From NCBI GenBank assembly GCA_963724295.1, contig CAVRUC010000009.1, forward strand, positions 32,001 through 96,000: 64,000 nt of DNA, read 5' to 3'. Numbering within the stretch: the first letter of the stretch is position 1; each line of letters begins with the position of its first letter. Position numbers and translations under genes: made by a program. Source of the DNA: an uncultured Chloroflexia bacterium (GTDB taxonomy: Bacteria; Chloroflexota; Chloroflexia; Thermomicrobiales; UBA6265). The notes below the pieces were generated by a model that saw only the letters and a program-made list of their open reading frames with translations, had not been told where the DNA came from and did no database searches. Positions 10,728-25,053 of the stretch are shown here, piece after piece.

Positions 10728-10842
10728 GCTGGCGACGGCGTGGAGGGCGGTGGCCGAGGCATGGGATGCGGCAGAGCGATCCGTGAGTGGCGATCCGACG
10801 CGCGACGTCGACGGAGGGGGTTGCGTCCGGGAAGTTCTGTAG
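10537..10842 (+). CDS. Hypothetical helical protein
   Basis: RBS AGGAG before the ATG; Ala-rich helical sequence. Confidence 0.4.
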   Translation: MTAQQLAVTQKLAEAAANTSKTAWMMTGRFACYLLAKAPPTPQQLGAVRFESSLLRDRATRARELATAWRAVAEAWDAAERSVSGDPTRDVDGGGCVREVL

Positions 10843-10915
10843 ATTCCTCCACATCGTTCGCCGTACCTCCTCTCCTCACATCGTGAGCAGAGATACCGCT
10901 CGCACGCGGCCGTCC

Positions 10916-11773
10916 TCAGCTCGCGGCGGGCACGCGGCCGACCGCGAGGACGTAGCCGCTGCGGCGGTAGAACTCGGGGTGATTGACGAGGGCGTCGGGA
11001 TGCGTTGGGTCCACCTGCGCCCGCCAGAAGGCGCGGTCACCTTCCGGGATGTCGGCGGCCTCGGAGCCCACCGCCAGGTAGCGCAGGCTGCCCCCGGCCC
11101 CTGCCCGCTCGGCGGGGGAGAGCGGGGCCCAGCACTCCTCCGGGAAGAGCCGCTGCCGCACGTCCGCCAGGCCCGCGCGCTCCAGCCAGCGGCGCAGCGC
11201 GGCGGCCCGGACCACGCCGGGTCCTTCAATGAGGTTCCCGCGCACGCAGGCGTCGTATAGGCGATGGTGCACCGCCGGGTCCATCGGCCAAAAGGTGTCG
11301 GACAGCCCATCCGACTCCTTGAACGCCACCAGCCCGCCGGGGCGCACCACGCGGCGGCACTCCGCCAGCGCCGCTATGAGCTCCGCGTCGGTGAGGTACT
11401 GCGAGACGTTGGCGCACCACACGGCGTCGAAGGAGCCATCCGGGACGGGGAGCGCGGTGACCGACCCCTGCCGGAAGGCGACCGGGCAGGCGAGCGGCGC
11501 GGCCGCGACCCGGCGTTCGGCGGTGGCCACGTTCTCGGCGTCGTAGTCGAGCGCGGTCAGCGCGCCGGTGGGGCCGACGAGCGCGGCGAGCATCGGCAGG
11601 AAGCTGCCGGACCCGCAGCCCGCGTCAAGCACCTCCCAGCCCGGCTGCAGCCCGACCGCGTGGGCTATCGCCTCATAGATCGCCCGGCTGCGCTCGAAAT
11701 GGACGTCCAGCCACGCCGCATCGGAGAGCGCGTGCCCCGTCGCCGTGGCGTGCATCGCCGCCTCGTCTGCCAT
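10916..11773 (-). CDS. Class I SAM-dependent methyltransferase (UbiE-like)
   Basis: VLDAGCGSG, GSVTALP..DGSFDAV and RVVRPGG motifs; RBS GAGGAG. Confidence 0.9.
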   Translation of the reverse strand: MADEAAMHATATGHALSDAAWLDVHFERSRAIYEAIAHAVGLQPGWEVLDAGCGSGSFLPMLAALVGPTGALTALDYDAENVATAERRVAAAPLACPVAFRQGSVTALPVPDGSFDAVWCANVSQYLTDAELIAALAECRRVVRPGGLVAFKESDGLSDTFWPMDPAVHHRLYDACVRGNLIEGPGVVRAAALRRWLERAGLADVRQRLFPEECWAPLSPAERAGAGGSLRYLAVGSEAADIPEGDRAFWRAQVDPTHPDALVNHPEFYRRSGYVLAVGRVPAAS

Positions 11774-12437
11774 CGCCCTACTCCTCTCGGTTGTTCATCT
11801 GGCGTCGCTGGGACATCATACACAGTTGAGCGTCCGCCGCCGTCGGCTCGTGCACTGGATCGACGGCGCGGTCCGCACCGAGAGCCGCACGCTTCTGCGC
11901 GACGCCCCGTTGAACCGCGACGGCCGGCTTATGAAGCCGCGCTCGCCTCCTGGGGAATCAGGCCCGAGCCCCAGGCAGGGCAGCCAACTCCCGTCGCGTG
12001 AACGGGACAGTAGCCATTCGGCACCTTGTGCAGGACGGCCCAGACGATGGCGGTTGCGCTGGACGAGCGACGAGGAGGCCGGTTAGGAGGGCGACCCTTG
12101 GCAATCATGCGTCTCTACATCCCGGTAAGGATCGCTGGACGATGACGCGTGCCCGACATGCACTTAGCATATTGCTGACGGCAGTGAGTACCCGAGTTTG
12201 GAGGGGACGCTCAAGAAGCCCATTGTCGTGGCGGCGTTAGCCGCCGGTGTCACGCAACGGGGCATTCTTGTCAAGAGTGGGCGCGAGCGCAGGGACCTCC
12301 GGCTCTAGTCGGGCCAGGGGGATTGCGGTGGCAGCGGGAGGGACGCCGCCCCTGCCCCGCTGCACCGCCCCGGCCGCGCCTCGCTGCCGCGCCGGAGGAG
12401 ACGCCTCCCCGCGCCTGGACTCCGGGTCCGCCCCGCC

Positions 12438-13313
12438 TCAGCCAGGGCAGCAGTCATCGGGGTAAGTGGTGCCCGAGGGGTCGCCGGCGCAGTTGTTGTC
12501 CAGGGTGTTGTTGCAGACGAGATTCTTCGCCTGCAAATCCACCGTGCCGCCGTTGTCGTTGTAGATCCCCCCGCCGTCTCCGTCTGCCGTGTTCTTGGTG
12601 ACGCTGCTGCCGGCCTCCAGCGTCAGCGTGCCGACGTTGGAGATCCCCCCGCCGAAGTCCGCCGTGTTCTTGGTGACGCTGACCCCGACCAGCGTGAGGG
12701 TGCCGATGTTTTTGATGCCACCGCCGGCATCGTCTAGGACGGAGCTACCGGTGACCTTGCCCCTGGTGATGGTCAGGTCCTGCAGCGTCACGGTCGTTTC
12801 GAACGCGATCTGGAGCACGCGGACGGTGTTGCGCCCATCGAGGATGGTCTTGCCGGCTCCGGCTCCGATCAGGGTCAGGTTCTTGTCAATTGTGACGGTC
12901 TTTTTCAGGTGCCAGGTGCCGGCACAGAGGGTGAGGGTGTCCCCGGCCTTGTTGATGGCCTCCTGCAGACCCTGGGTGGCACCGGGAGCTCTCGGTTTTG
13001 GCGCGATGCAGGTCGGGCCGGGTCCTGGCCCAGGGCTCGGCTTGTGCTTGCCCTTGCCCTTGTGGTTGCCGCCCTTGCCACCGCGGTTGCCCTTGCCGCC
13101 GTTGTTGTTGCTGCGGTTGCGGCGTTTCTCCTGATTGCGCTCGCCGCGGTCGAGGACCCGGTCCACCGGACGCCTCGCCGCCGTCTCCCCGACATCGAGC
13201 AACCCGGTGAGGCTGCCGACCAGGGGCACGCCGAGGAGCAGCCGCACCAGGGCACGCCGGGTGCCAGCGGTCGCGAGCGTCTTGCTGAGCCGATCAAACC
13301 GTCGAGGATCCAT
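12438..13313 (-). CDS. Secreted protein with RFD/twin-Arg leader, basic linker and right-handed beta-helix (Pmp-like) domain
   Basis: MDPRRFDRLSKTLATAGTRRAL leader; LQEAINKAG..GTW..LTLIGAG cap; repeated GGGIxNxGTLTL and VTKNTA units. Confidence 0.85.
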   Translation of the reverse strand: MDPRRFDRLSKTLATAGTRRALVRLLLGVPLVGSLTGLLDVGETAARRPVDRVLDRGERNQEKRRNRSNNNGGKGNRGGKGGNHKGKGKHKPSPGPGPGPTCIAPKPRAPGATQGLQEAINKAGDTLTLCAGTWHLKKTVTIDKNLTLIGAGAGKTILDGRNTVRVLQIAFETTVTLQDLTITRGKVTGSSVLDDAGGGIKNIGTLTLVGVSVTKNTADFGGGISNVGTLTLEAGSSVTKNTADGDGGGIYNDNGGTVDLQAKNLVCNNTLDNNCAGDPSGTTYPDDCCPG

Positions 13314-13467
13314 GGCGAGATAGCCTCCTATGAGCCACGCGAAGAGCGGTGATGGAGGCTGGCTGCCAGTCAGGCGGTCGCCATCGTCAGGTTGTCGAGA
13401 GCGGGTTTCTGTCGCTCCACTCTAGCACACTGGAGCGGCAGGCGGTTGTGGGTCGACGGTGAGGCGC

Positions 13468-13899
13468 TCAATCGGGTCTCGGCCGCTGCATCACCGTCGA
13501 GTCCTCCGTCTCGCCCACCGTCTCAAACCCGAACTCCTGGTACAAGCGGGCTGTTGTACCACGCGTATGAAGCACCCAACGCACCCGCGGAACATCGGGG
13601 TGGTCGAGCATGGCCTGCACCAGCCAGCGGCCCAGCCCGTGCCCGCGATGCTCCGGTTCAACGTAGACGTCGGACAGATAGGCGAAGCGGGTGAAGTCGG
13701 TAATGGCGCGGGCGCAGCCGATCATCTTGCCGCCGTGATAGAGCCCGAGGGTCATACCCGCCGCGTCCCAGGAGCGACGGACCGCTGCCTCCGGCTGGGT
13801 GCCCGCCCAATAGGATTCGGCCAGCCAGGCAACGATCCGGTTCATATCGAGCCGCGCCCGATCGTCGTCGATCTCAAACGAGCCGTTCGTCCAGCGCAC
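13468..13899 (-). CDS. GNAT N-acetyltransferase
   Basis: AYLSDVYV..EHRGHGLGRWL and LYQEFGF motifs. Confidence 0.9.
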   Translation of the reverse strand: MRWTNGSFEIDDDRARLDMNRIVAWLAESYWAGTQPEAAVRRSWDAAGMTLGLYHGGKMIGCARAITDFTRFAYLSDVYVEPEHRGHGLGRWLVQAMLDHPDVPRVRWVLHTRGTTARLYQEFGFETVGETEDSTVMQRPRPD

Positions 13900-13907
13900 G
13901 ACGAGAT

Positions 13908-15179
13908 CTAGACCTCCGGACGCGACAGCGCGTCGGCCAGCATCGGTCCAAACGGCTCCGGGTCAGCCGCGAGCACCAGCACCTCCTCGGCGTTGAGGAA
14001 TGACGCGAAATTCCAGAGCGCCCCGGCGATAGCGGCCGCCAGCGGCTCCGTCGCCCGCTCTCCTGGTTCGAGGAAGACCTTGCGCACGGTGAGGAGCCGG
14101 TTCTTACGGTCGAGCGAGGGGTCCAGCCGGCCGACGAGCTTGCCGCGATGCAGGATCGGCATCGTGTAGTAGCCGTACACCCGCTTCGGCGCCGGTGTGT
14201 AGACCTCGATGCGATAGTGAAAACCCCACAGGTCCGCCATCCGCCCGCGATGCCAGATGAGGTTATCGAACGGCGAGAGGAGCGTCGTCAGCGTCGGCCA
14301 CCTGCGCCCGGCGCGAAGCTCTGTCAGCCGAGGCAGCAGTGCGGTGTCGAGCCAGACCGGCTCGCTCAAACCATCGACCGTGACGGGGATGGCCAGCCCT
14401 TCGTCCTGCAGATCCTTCAATCCGGCGGCGCTCGCCTTGGCGGTGCTGTAGGGACGAGCCCAGTCCCGGAAGTAGTCGGCCACCCAGCGCGCCGTCGTCA
14501 CCCCGAGGGCCCGCAAGGCGTTGCTGGAGAAAAAGCGCTGCCGCTCCTCGGCGGAGGGCCGGATCGACAGCAGATCGCAGGGGATGATTCGCTCGGTCAC
14601 GTCATAGACGCGCTGAAAGCCGCTCTCTCGGCGTGCGACCATGAGGTCGCCACAGGACCAGAGATGATCGAGTGCCTGCCGCGCCGGTTTGCCGCCATAC
14701 CACGTCCATGCCTCAGGGCGTGGTCCCTCTGGCCGCTCGAAGTGCCGCGAGGCTGTCGCACCGTTCGCACGGATTCGCTCGAGCACACCCGAGATGACCT
14801 CTCGGTTGCCTTCGACCCAGGCATGGCGCTCGTACTTTTCGCGGTAAGCGTCCATCGCGTCCCGAAAGTAGGGGAACGTTTCCACCGGGATGATGGCCGC
14901 CGCGTGCGCCCAGTACTCGGTGAGCAGCCCGTCCGGATAATGCAGCGACCCCAGCAGCGCTGGGTCGTAGGGACCCAACCGGCTCCAGAGCACCGTCTCA
15001 TGTGAGCGCGAGACGACGCTGATCGTGTCGAGTTGAACGCAGCCGAGAGCGCGGATCGTCTCCAGCAGACGCGCCTTTTGCACCGCCGGATCGCGGGTCG
15101 GACGCGGTCTGCGCTCCAGCCGCGAGGCGATCGCGGCCAGCGCTCTCGCTTCCTGGACGGACAGGTGCTCACCCGTCAC
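13908..15179 (-). CDS. ycaQ: YcaQ-like (HTH_42) DNA crosslink repair glycosylase
   Basis: VQLDTISVVSRSH (QxD motif), EYWAH, LLSPFDNLIW..YRIEVYTPAPKRVYGYY. Confidence 0.88.
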   Translation of the reverse strand: MTGEHLSVQEARALAAIASRLERRPRPTRDPAVQKARLLETIRALGCVQLDTISVVSRSHETVLWSRLGPYDPALLGSLHYPDGLLTEYWAHAAAIIPVETFPYFRDAMDAYREKYERHAWVEGNREVISGVLERIRANGATASRHFERPEGPRPEAWTWYGGKPARQALDHLWSCGDLMVARRESGFQRVYDVTERIIPCDLLSIRPSAEERQRFFSSNALRALGVTTARWVADYFRDWARPYSTAKASAAGLKDLQDEGLAIPVTVDGLSEPVWLDTALLPRLTELRAGRRWPTLTTLLSPFDNLIWHRGRMADLWGFHYRIEVYTPAPKRVYGYYTMPILHRGKLVGRLDPSLDRKNRLLTVRKVFLEPGERATEPLAAAIAGALWNFASFLNAEEVLVLAADPEPFGPMLADALSRPEV

Positions 15180-15204
15180 CGCACCATGCCTATTGACAAC
15201 GGAA

Positions 15205-15272
15205 AGCCCCTCGCCCAGTGCGCTGGGCGAGGGGTTGGGGTGAGGGTTTTAGAGGGGGTAGGGGGTGAGGGC
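15205..15272. repeat. REP-like element, hairpin plus GGGGTGAGGG tail
   Basis: GCCCCTCGCCCAGTGCGCTGGGCGAGGGG-TTGGGGTGAGGG with a duplicated tail; inverted copy at 16796-16864. Confidence 0.8.
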
Positions 15273-15278
15273 GCGTAC

Positions 15279-16682
15279 TCATGCCGTGGCGAGCGTCTCC
15301 GCAGGCGCGGCCAAGGTCACCTCGACATCGGCTCCAAGACTCTTCAGCTTGTCCACGAACCCCTCATACCCGCGGTCGAGGTGATGCAACGCGGACACCT
15401 CGGTCTCGCCGGAGGCGATCAGCCCGGCCAGGACCACACCAGCCCCGGCCCGGATATCAAGACAACGCACGGGACCCCCGGTGAGTGAGGTCGGACCGAA
15501 GATCTCCGCTCTGGTGCCGTAACGGATCGGCCCCGGAGAAGGGTTTCCGGTCTCGTCGATGGGTTGCAGGCGCTCGACCCGGATACTCGCGCCCATTGCG
15601 CGCAGCTGGTCGGTGTAGCGCAGCCGGTCGTCGAATACCCGCTCGTAAATGCGCGAGCGCCCCTGCGCCTGAGTCATCAGCACCGCGAACGCCGCCTGCA
15701 GATCCGTGGGGAACCCCGGAAAAGGAAGGGTCTGGATCTCGACGGCTCGCAACCCCGCGCTGGGGCGGACCAGCATGCGATCGTGGTCGATCCAGATGTC
15801 GGCGCCCGCCTCTCGCAGCTTGGCCGTGAGTGGCAACATGTCTGGCTCGCGCACGTCGTTCAACGTCACCTCGCCGCCGGTGATCACCGCGCCGATGGCG
15901 AAGGTGCCCGCCTCCAGCCGGTCGGGCAGCACCGCCTCGGAGACGCCGTGCAGCCGATCGACGCCGTCGACGGTGATCGTCGGCGAGCCGAGACCGGTGA
16001 TGCGCGCTCCCATCCGGTTGAGCATGTTCCCCAGAAAGACGATCTCCGGTTCGCAGGCGGCATTGACGATCGTCGTGCGCCCGCTGGCCAGGGTAGCGGC
16101 CATGAGGAGGTTCTCTGTGCCGGTGTGGCTCGGGTAGTCCATGTAAATGGAGGCGCCGCGCAGCCCTGTGGCGCGTCCGGCGATCTGCTGACCACCGTCG
16201 TCGAAGTCGATCGCGGCGCCCATCTGGCGGAAGCCGCGGACGTCGACGTCGACCGGGCGCGCGCCGAGCTGGCAGCCACCCGGAGCCGAGGCTGACATCT
16301 CACCGCATCGCGCCAGCAGGGGACCGGCGACGAGAAACGAGGCCCGCATGGCCGCGACGAGCTCGGCCGGGGCGTTGGTATCGACGATGTCGGCGGCACG
16401 GACGCGGACGCGCTTTCGCGCGCGGTCGACCTCGGCCTCGGCGCCGAGACTTCGCAGCAGCGCCAGCATTGTGCCGATATCCGCGAGATCGGGCACATTA
16501 CTGAGGACGCACTCCTCAGCCGTCAGCAGTGTCGCCGCCAGCGCGGGCAGAGCGGCGTTCTTGGCGCCACTGATCGTGACGGCGCCGCGCAGCGGGACAC
16601 CCCCGCGAACGCGCAGCACCCGTTCAGCCGGAGCGGGATCGCTCCCAATCCCGCCCCGTGGTGCATGGATCGAAGTCGCCAA
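15279..16682 (-). CDS. murA: UDP-N-acetylglucosamine 1-carboxyvinyltransferase
   Basis: SGAKNAALP, MRASFLVAGPLL, PGGCQLGARPVD (catalytic Cys), FPGFPTDLQA, DIRAGA, HLDRGYE. Confidence 0.97.
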   Translation of the reverse strand: MATSIHAPRGGIGSDPAPAERVLRVRGGVPLRGAVTISGAKNAALPALAATLLTAEECVLSNVPDLADIGTMLALLRSLGAEAEVDRARKRVRVRAADIVDTNAPAELVAAMRASFLVAGPLLARCGEMSASAPGGCQLGARPVDVDVRGFRQMGAAIDFDDGGQQIAGRATGLRGASIYMDYPSHTGTENLLMAATLASGRTTIVNAACEPEIVFLGNMLNRMGARITGLGSPTITVDGVDRLHGVSEAVLPDRLEAGTFAIGAVITGGEVTLNDVREPDMLPLTAKLREAGADIWIDHDRMLVRPSAGLRAVEIQTLPFPGFPTDLQAAFAVLMTQAQGRSRIYERVFDDRLRYTDQLRAMGASIRVERLQPIDETGNPSPGPIRYGTRAEIFGPTSLTGGPVRCLDIRAGAGVVLAGLIASGETEVSALHHLDRGYEGFVDKLKSLGADVEVTLAAPAETLATA

Positions 16683-16795
16683 TGAATCCTCCCCAGCGCG
16701 GGGTTGAATCAGCCGTCAAGGCGACCGCCCGCCATGAAGAGGATACCCCGAATTGGCGGAAGGCTCTCAAAGTGGGCACCCAGGCCCGTGCACTG

Positions 16796-16956
16796 GCCCT
16801 CACCCCAACCCCTCTCGAGAGTCCCTCACCCCAACCCCTCTCCCAGTGCGCTGGGCGAGGGGCTCGCTGCTCGGCAGAGCGTGCTCCCTTCTCCCCGCGC
16901 ATGGGGAGAAGGGTCGGGGATGAGGGGTTTCTGGAGAAGGGCCGGGGATGAGGGGC
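16796..16956. repeat. Pair of REP-like elements between atpC and murA
   Basis: CCCTCACCCCAACCCCTCTCCCAGTGCGCTGGGCGAGGGG and CCCTTCTCCCCGCGCATGGGGAGAAGGG-TCGGGGATGAGGGG, each with a partial tandem duplication. Confidence 0.8.
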
Positions 16957-16959
16957 GAT

Positions 16960-17421
16960 CTAGCTCCCAGAACCAGGAAATCCATCGCCGCCGGGAACCG
17001 GCGACCGGCGCGAGCCGCGCCGCTGCCCAATCCGCAGACGGAGATTGGCGCGACGCAGCGTCGCCTGCGCCTCCTCGAGGTCCATCGTGCCCTGGCGACC
17101 GGCGATCGACTCCTCGGCACTGCGGCGGGCGGCCTCGGCCCGTTCGACGTCGACCTCCTCGGCACGCTCGGCGCTGTCGGCGAGAATGAGGACCTTGTTG
17201 TCGCCGACCTCCATGAACCCGCCGTAGACCAGGATCGACTGCTCGTCGTTTCCCTTCTTGATCCGCAGCTCCCCCAGGGAGAGGGTCGTGATCAAGGGGG
17301 CGTGCTCGGGGAGGATGCCGAGTACGCCGGCGCCCCCCGGCGCGACGACCATGTCGACGTCCTGCTCCTGGAAGACGACGCGCTCCCCGGTCACGATCTC
17401 CACGTTCAGCTTGCCGGCCAT
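16960..17421 (-). CDS. atpC: ATP synthase F1 epsilon subunit
   Basis: LNVEIVTGER, GILPEHAPLIT, GGFMEV..LADSAERAEEVD; operon position. Confidence 0.97.
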   Translation of the reverse strand: MAGKLNVEIVTGERVVFQEQDVDMVVAPGGAGVLGILPEHAPLITTLSLGELRIKKGNDEQSILVYGGFMEVGDNKVLILADSAERAEEVDVERAEAARRSAEESIAGRQGTMDLEEAQATLRRANLRLRIGQRRGSRRSPVPGGDGFPGSGS

Positions 17422-17435
17422 GATGCACTCCTTAT

Positions 17436-17628
17436 GGGGGTGTCGCTTCGCTCAGGGGGTGGCAGCCGCTGTCGCGGCTTCAGGGGGTGCCGGTCGCTGC
17501 GCTCCCTCAGGGGGTGAAGGAGACCGAGCGAAGACCGCCGTCGTGTCTCCTTTCCCCCTGAGCCGAAGGCGACACCCCCTGAGGCGGTGAAACCGCCGCC
17601 ACCCCCTGAGGCGAAGCCGGCTCCCCCT
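17436..17628. repeat. Composite palindrome of CCCCCTGAG+mini-hairpin units
   Basis: Three (C/T)TCAGGGGGTG units facing three CCCCCTGAG units; related copy at 20081-20251. Confidence 0.75.
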
Positions 17629-17630
17629 CG

Positions 17631-20042
<2,412 letters not shown>

Positions 20043-20080
20043 GGTCGCTCCTTCGTCGCGAGGGGGTGCAAGCGGGGGTA

Positions 20081-20251
20081 GGGGGTGTCGCTTCGCTCAA
20101 GGGGTGGGTCCGCTGCACGGACTGAGGAGATGAAGGAGACGAGGGAGATGCTCGCTCGTCGCTCCTTCCTCCCTGCGCCGCCCTCTGAGGCCGCGAAACG
20201 GCCGCCCCCCTGAGCGAAGTGGCACCCCCTGAGCCGCAGGCGACTCCCCCT
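20081..20251. repeat. Composite palindrome of CCCCCTGAG+mini-hairpin units
   Basis: GGGGGTGTCGCTTCGCTCA...CCCCCTGAGCGAAGTGGCACCCCCTGAG, same family as 17436-17628. Confidence 0.75.
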
Positions 20252-20254
20252 TCA

Positions 20255-21793
<1,539 letters not shown>

Positions 21794-21869
21794 GGTGTCT
21801 GCTCCTCTAGTCGCCTGCTTGCAGCCGATTCATCTTCTTGCCGTCTGGCCGTCTGGCCGTCTCAACAGA

Positions 21870-22409
21870 CTAGCGCCGTCCAGCCACGAGCCGGGAGCGC
21901 ATCTTTTCCAGCTTGTTGCGTACGCTACCGTCAATAACCTGATCCCCAATACGGATGATGATGCCGCCGATGATGTCCGGATCGATCTTGAGCGCCAGCT
22001 CGACCTTCTTGCCAGTCATCGTTTCCAGCTTCTCGCGAATGTGATCCAGCTCGGCGTCGCTAAGCCGTTCCGCCGTGGTCACTTCAGCGACCGCGATGCC
22101 CCGCTCCGCGCGCAGCCGATCGTCGAACATCTCCCGGATTTGAGGGATGAGCATCGTTCGGTTGCGCTCGATGAGCATCCGGGCGAGATTCCGCGCTTCG
22201 GTCTGCACATTGAGGTTGAGCGACGTTTCCAGCGCTTCGATCCTGCGCTCCGCGGCGACACTTGGATTGGTCAGGTAGGTGGCAATTCGCTCATCGGCGA
22301 CGACGCGGGAGAGCATGGCCAGATCCTGACCCCAGGTGTCCAGGGTCCCCTGTTCCTGGCCGAGACTGAAGATCGCCTGTGCGTATCGCTTTGCCGCGCT
22401 GCTGGCCAC
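21870..22409 (-). CDS. atpH: ATP synthase F1 delta subunit
   Basis: AKRYAQAIF, DPDIIGGIIIRIGDQVIDGSV. Confidence 0.97.
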   Translation of the reverse strand: MASSAAKRYAQAIFSLGQEQGTLDTWGQDLAMLSRVVADERIATYLTNPSVAAERRIEALETSLNLNVQTEARNLARMLIERNRTMLIPQIREMFDDRLRAERGIAVAEVTTAERLSDAELDHIREKLETMTGKKVELALKIDPDIIGGIIIRIGDQVIDGSVRNKLEKMRSRLVAGRR

Positions 22410-22426
22410 GGGTGTCCTTTCTGCCT

Positions 22427-22510
22427 GAGTCGGTCAGTCGGTTAGTCGGGAGTCGGGATCCGTTCTTCCGACCTCCGACCTCCGACCCACTACCTACCGA
22501 CTGACCGACT
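22427..22510. repeat. Inverted array of 7-8-mer tandem repeats (AGTCGGN / NCCGACN)
   Basis: AGTCGGTCAGTCGGTTAGTCGGGAGTCGG facing TCCGACCTCCGACCTCCGAC...ACCGACTGACCGACT; extends into the 3' end of atpF. Confidence 0.7.
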
Positions 22511-23005
22511 TCCGTCGGCTACCGTCGCTTCGGCCAGGGTCTCTTCGATGAGGCGCGATTGGGCGGCGGGGTCGAGCTCTTTTCTTACGATCCGCCCGGC
22601 GGCCATGACCGCCAGGTCAGCAAGTTCCTGGCGAAGCTGGAGGCGAGCCTGTTCCGTCTCCTGCCGCAGCGTTGACTGCGCGCGCGCGAGGTACTCCTCA
22701 GCCTGTTCGCCGGCTTCCTTTTGCGCCCGGGCGATCGTGGACTCGGAGACTTCCCGCGCCTGGCTGATGATCTGCTGTGCTTGCTGCCGCGCCTCGGAGA
22801 GGATCTCCTCGTTGCGCACGCTGGCCTGTGCCATCTCCGCCTTCATCGCGTCGGCGGCCGCCATGCTGTCCGAGATCCGCCGCGAGCGCTCGTCGAGCAT
22901 GTTGGTAATGGGGCCGAGGGCGTACTTCCAGAAGAGCAAGATGAAGACGATGAAGGCGATGAGCTGGACCGTCAGCCCCCAGGCATTGATACCAAGTTCG
23001 CCCAT
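22490..23005 (-). CDS. atpF: ATP synthase Fo b subunit
   Basis: N-terminal TM QLIAFIVFILLFWKYALGPI..LDER followed by a long coiled coil. Confidence 0.96.
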   Translation of the reverse strand: MGELGINAWGLTVQLIAFIVFILLFWKYALGPITNMLDERSRRISDSMAAADAMKAEMAQASVRNEEILSEARQQAQQIISQAREVSESTIARAQKEAGEQAEEYLARAQSTLRQETEQARLQLRQELADLAVMAAGRIVRKELDPAAQSRLIEETLAEATVADGSRSVGR

Positions 23006-23026
23006 ACGTTAACGACCTCCGGTCGT

Positions 23027-23106
23027 GGGTGGCGGGGTGTTAGGGTCGCAGGGTGGCAAGGCGTTTCGCTCTCCCGCCACCCGGCGACCCGGCGACCCGG
23101 CGACCC
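23027..23106. repeat. Inverted octamer tandem array (GGGTGGCG/GGGTCGCA versus CGACCCGG)
   Basis: Visible tandem 8-mers on both arms between atpF and atpE. Confidence 0.7.
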
Positions 23107-23109
23107 TCG

Positions 23110-24416
<1,307 letters not shown>

Positions 24417-24425
24417 CCGCGGGCG

Positions 24426-24776
24426 TTACTCCTCGTAGCTTCCGTTCTCGCGCGCGGAGGCGCTCTGATCCCGCTCTCGCAAGGATCGCGCCGCGCGCTG
24501 AGAGGGCATAGGCAAGCGCGAGAGTGTCCGGGTCATCGGCCCGGGCCGCGCCGTCTTACTGCCCACCTTAGCCAGTTCCCAGAGCTGATAACCGGCCACC
24601 ACCAACCCGAGCGCCACACCAAGCAATGTCAACACCGGTGAGGTGCCAAACCGGGAATCGAGCCAGACGCCGCCGCCGATACACAATATGAGCGCCGCGA
24701 CGATGGAGCATCCGAGCCCTGTCGCGACGCCGACGGCGCGCAAGTCCTGCTGCTCCGGAGTTGGACCGTCTGCCAT
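24426..24776 (-). CDS. AtpZ/AtpI-family membrane protein
   Basis: GGVWLDSRFGTSPVLTLLGVALG motif; first gene of the atp operon. Confidence 0.88.
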   Translation of the reverse strand: MADGPTPEQQDLRAVGVATGLGCSIVAALILCIGGGVWLDSRFGTSPVLTLLGVALGLVVAGYQLWELAKVGSKTARPGPMTRTLSRLPMPSQRAARSLRERDQSASARENGSYEE

Positions 24777-24805
24777 GGCCGCCTCCGGTTTCTATCCGAC
24801 CAGAA

Positions 24806-24814
24806 ATGGTACCA
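24806..24814 (-). promoter_or_regulatory. Putative extended -10 promoter of the atp operon
   Basis: TG-G-TACCAT on the minus strand about 30 nt before the GGAGG-preceded ATG at 24776. Confidence 0.45.
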
Positions 24815-24839
24815 CAGCGCAGTCGGCTGACGGCTATCC

Positions 24840-24967
24840 GGGTGACTGGGTGATGGGTAATGGGTGATGGGCTATCGGCTCACGATTGACGACGAATTTG
24901 GCACGCTCGAGGTGGGTAAAGACGGTGGGGGAAGGCATGCCGTACCCGTCACCGATCACCCATCACC
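24840..24967. repeat. Inverted heptamer array (GGGTGAT / ATCACCC)
   Basis: GGGTGACTGGGTGATGGGTAATGGGTGATGGG facing CCCGTCACCGATCACCCATCACC. Confidence 0.65.
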
Positions 24968-24997
24968 GCGTCGCCTGGTACCAGCACACTGGCGGGC

Positions 24998-25033
24998 AAA
25001 GCGAGCAGCCGGTCCTATAGGGGCCGGCTGCTC
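24998..25033 (-). terminator. Intrinsic terminator after the globin gene
   Basis: Stem GAGCAGCCGG(T)CC/GGGCCGGCTGCTC followed by GCTTT on the minus strand. Confidence 0.65.
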
Positions 25034-25053
25034 ATGACCACGCTCGAGATGTC

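Noticed and set aside
11880..12001. Possible C-terminal remnant of an amino-acid binding protein (YEAALASWGI..PTPVA)
   Set aside because: Too short and frame-broken to support as a feature
13908..15179. AlkZ-type self-resistance gene marking a genotoxin cluster
   Set aside because: It has the QxD motif of widespread YcaQ-like proteins and no biosynthetic cluster is adjacent
15279..16682. Fosfomycin-resistant MurA
   Set aside because: The active-site Cys is present (PGGCQLG), not Asp
17436..17628. Repeat-spacer pattern resembling a CRISPR array
   Set aside because: Repeats are only about 9-11 nt, spacers are short hairpins, the arms are inverted and no cas genes are present
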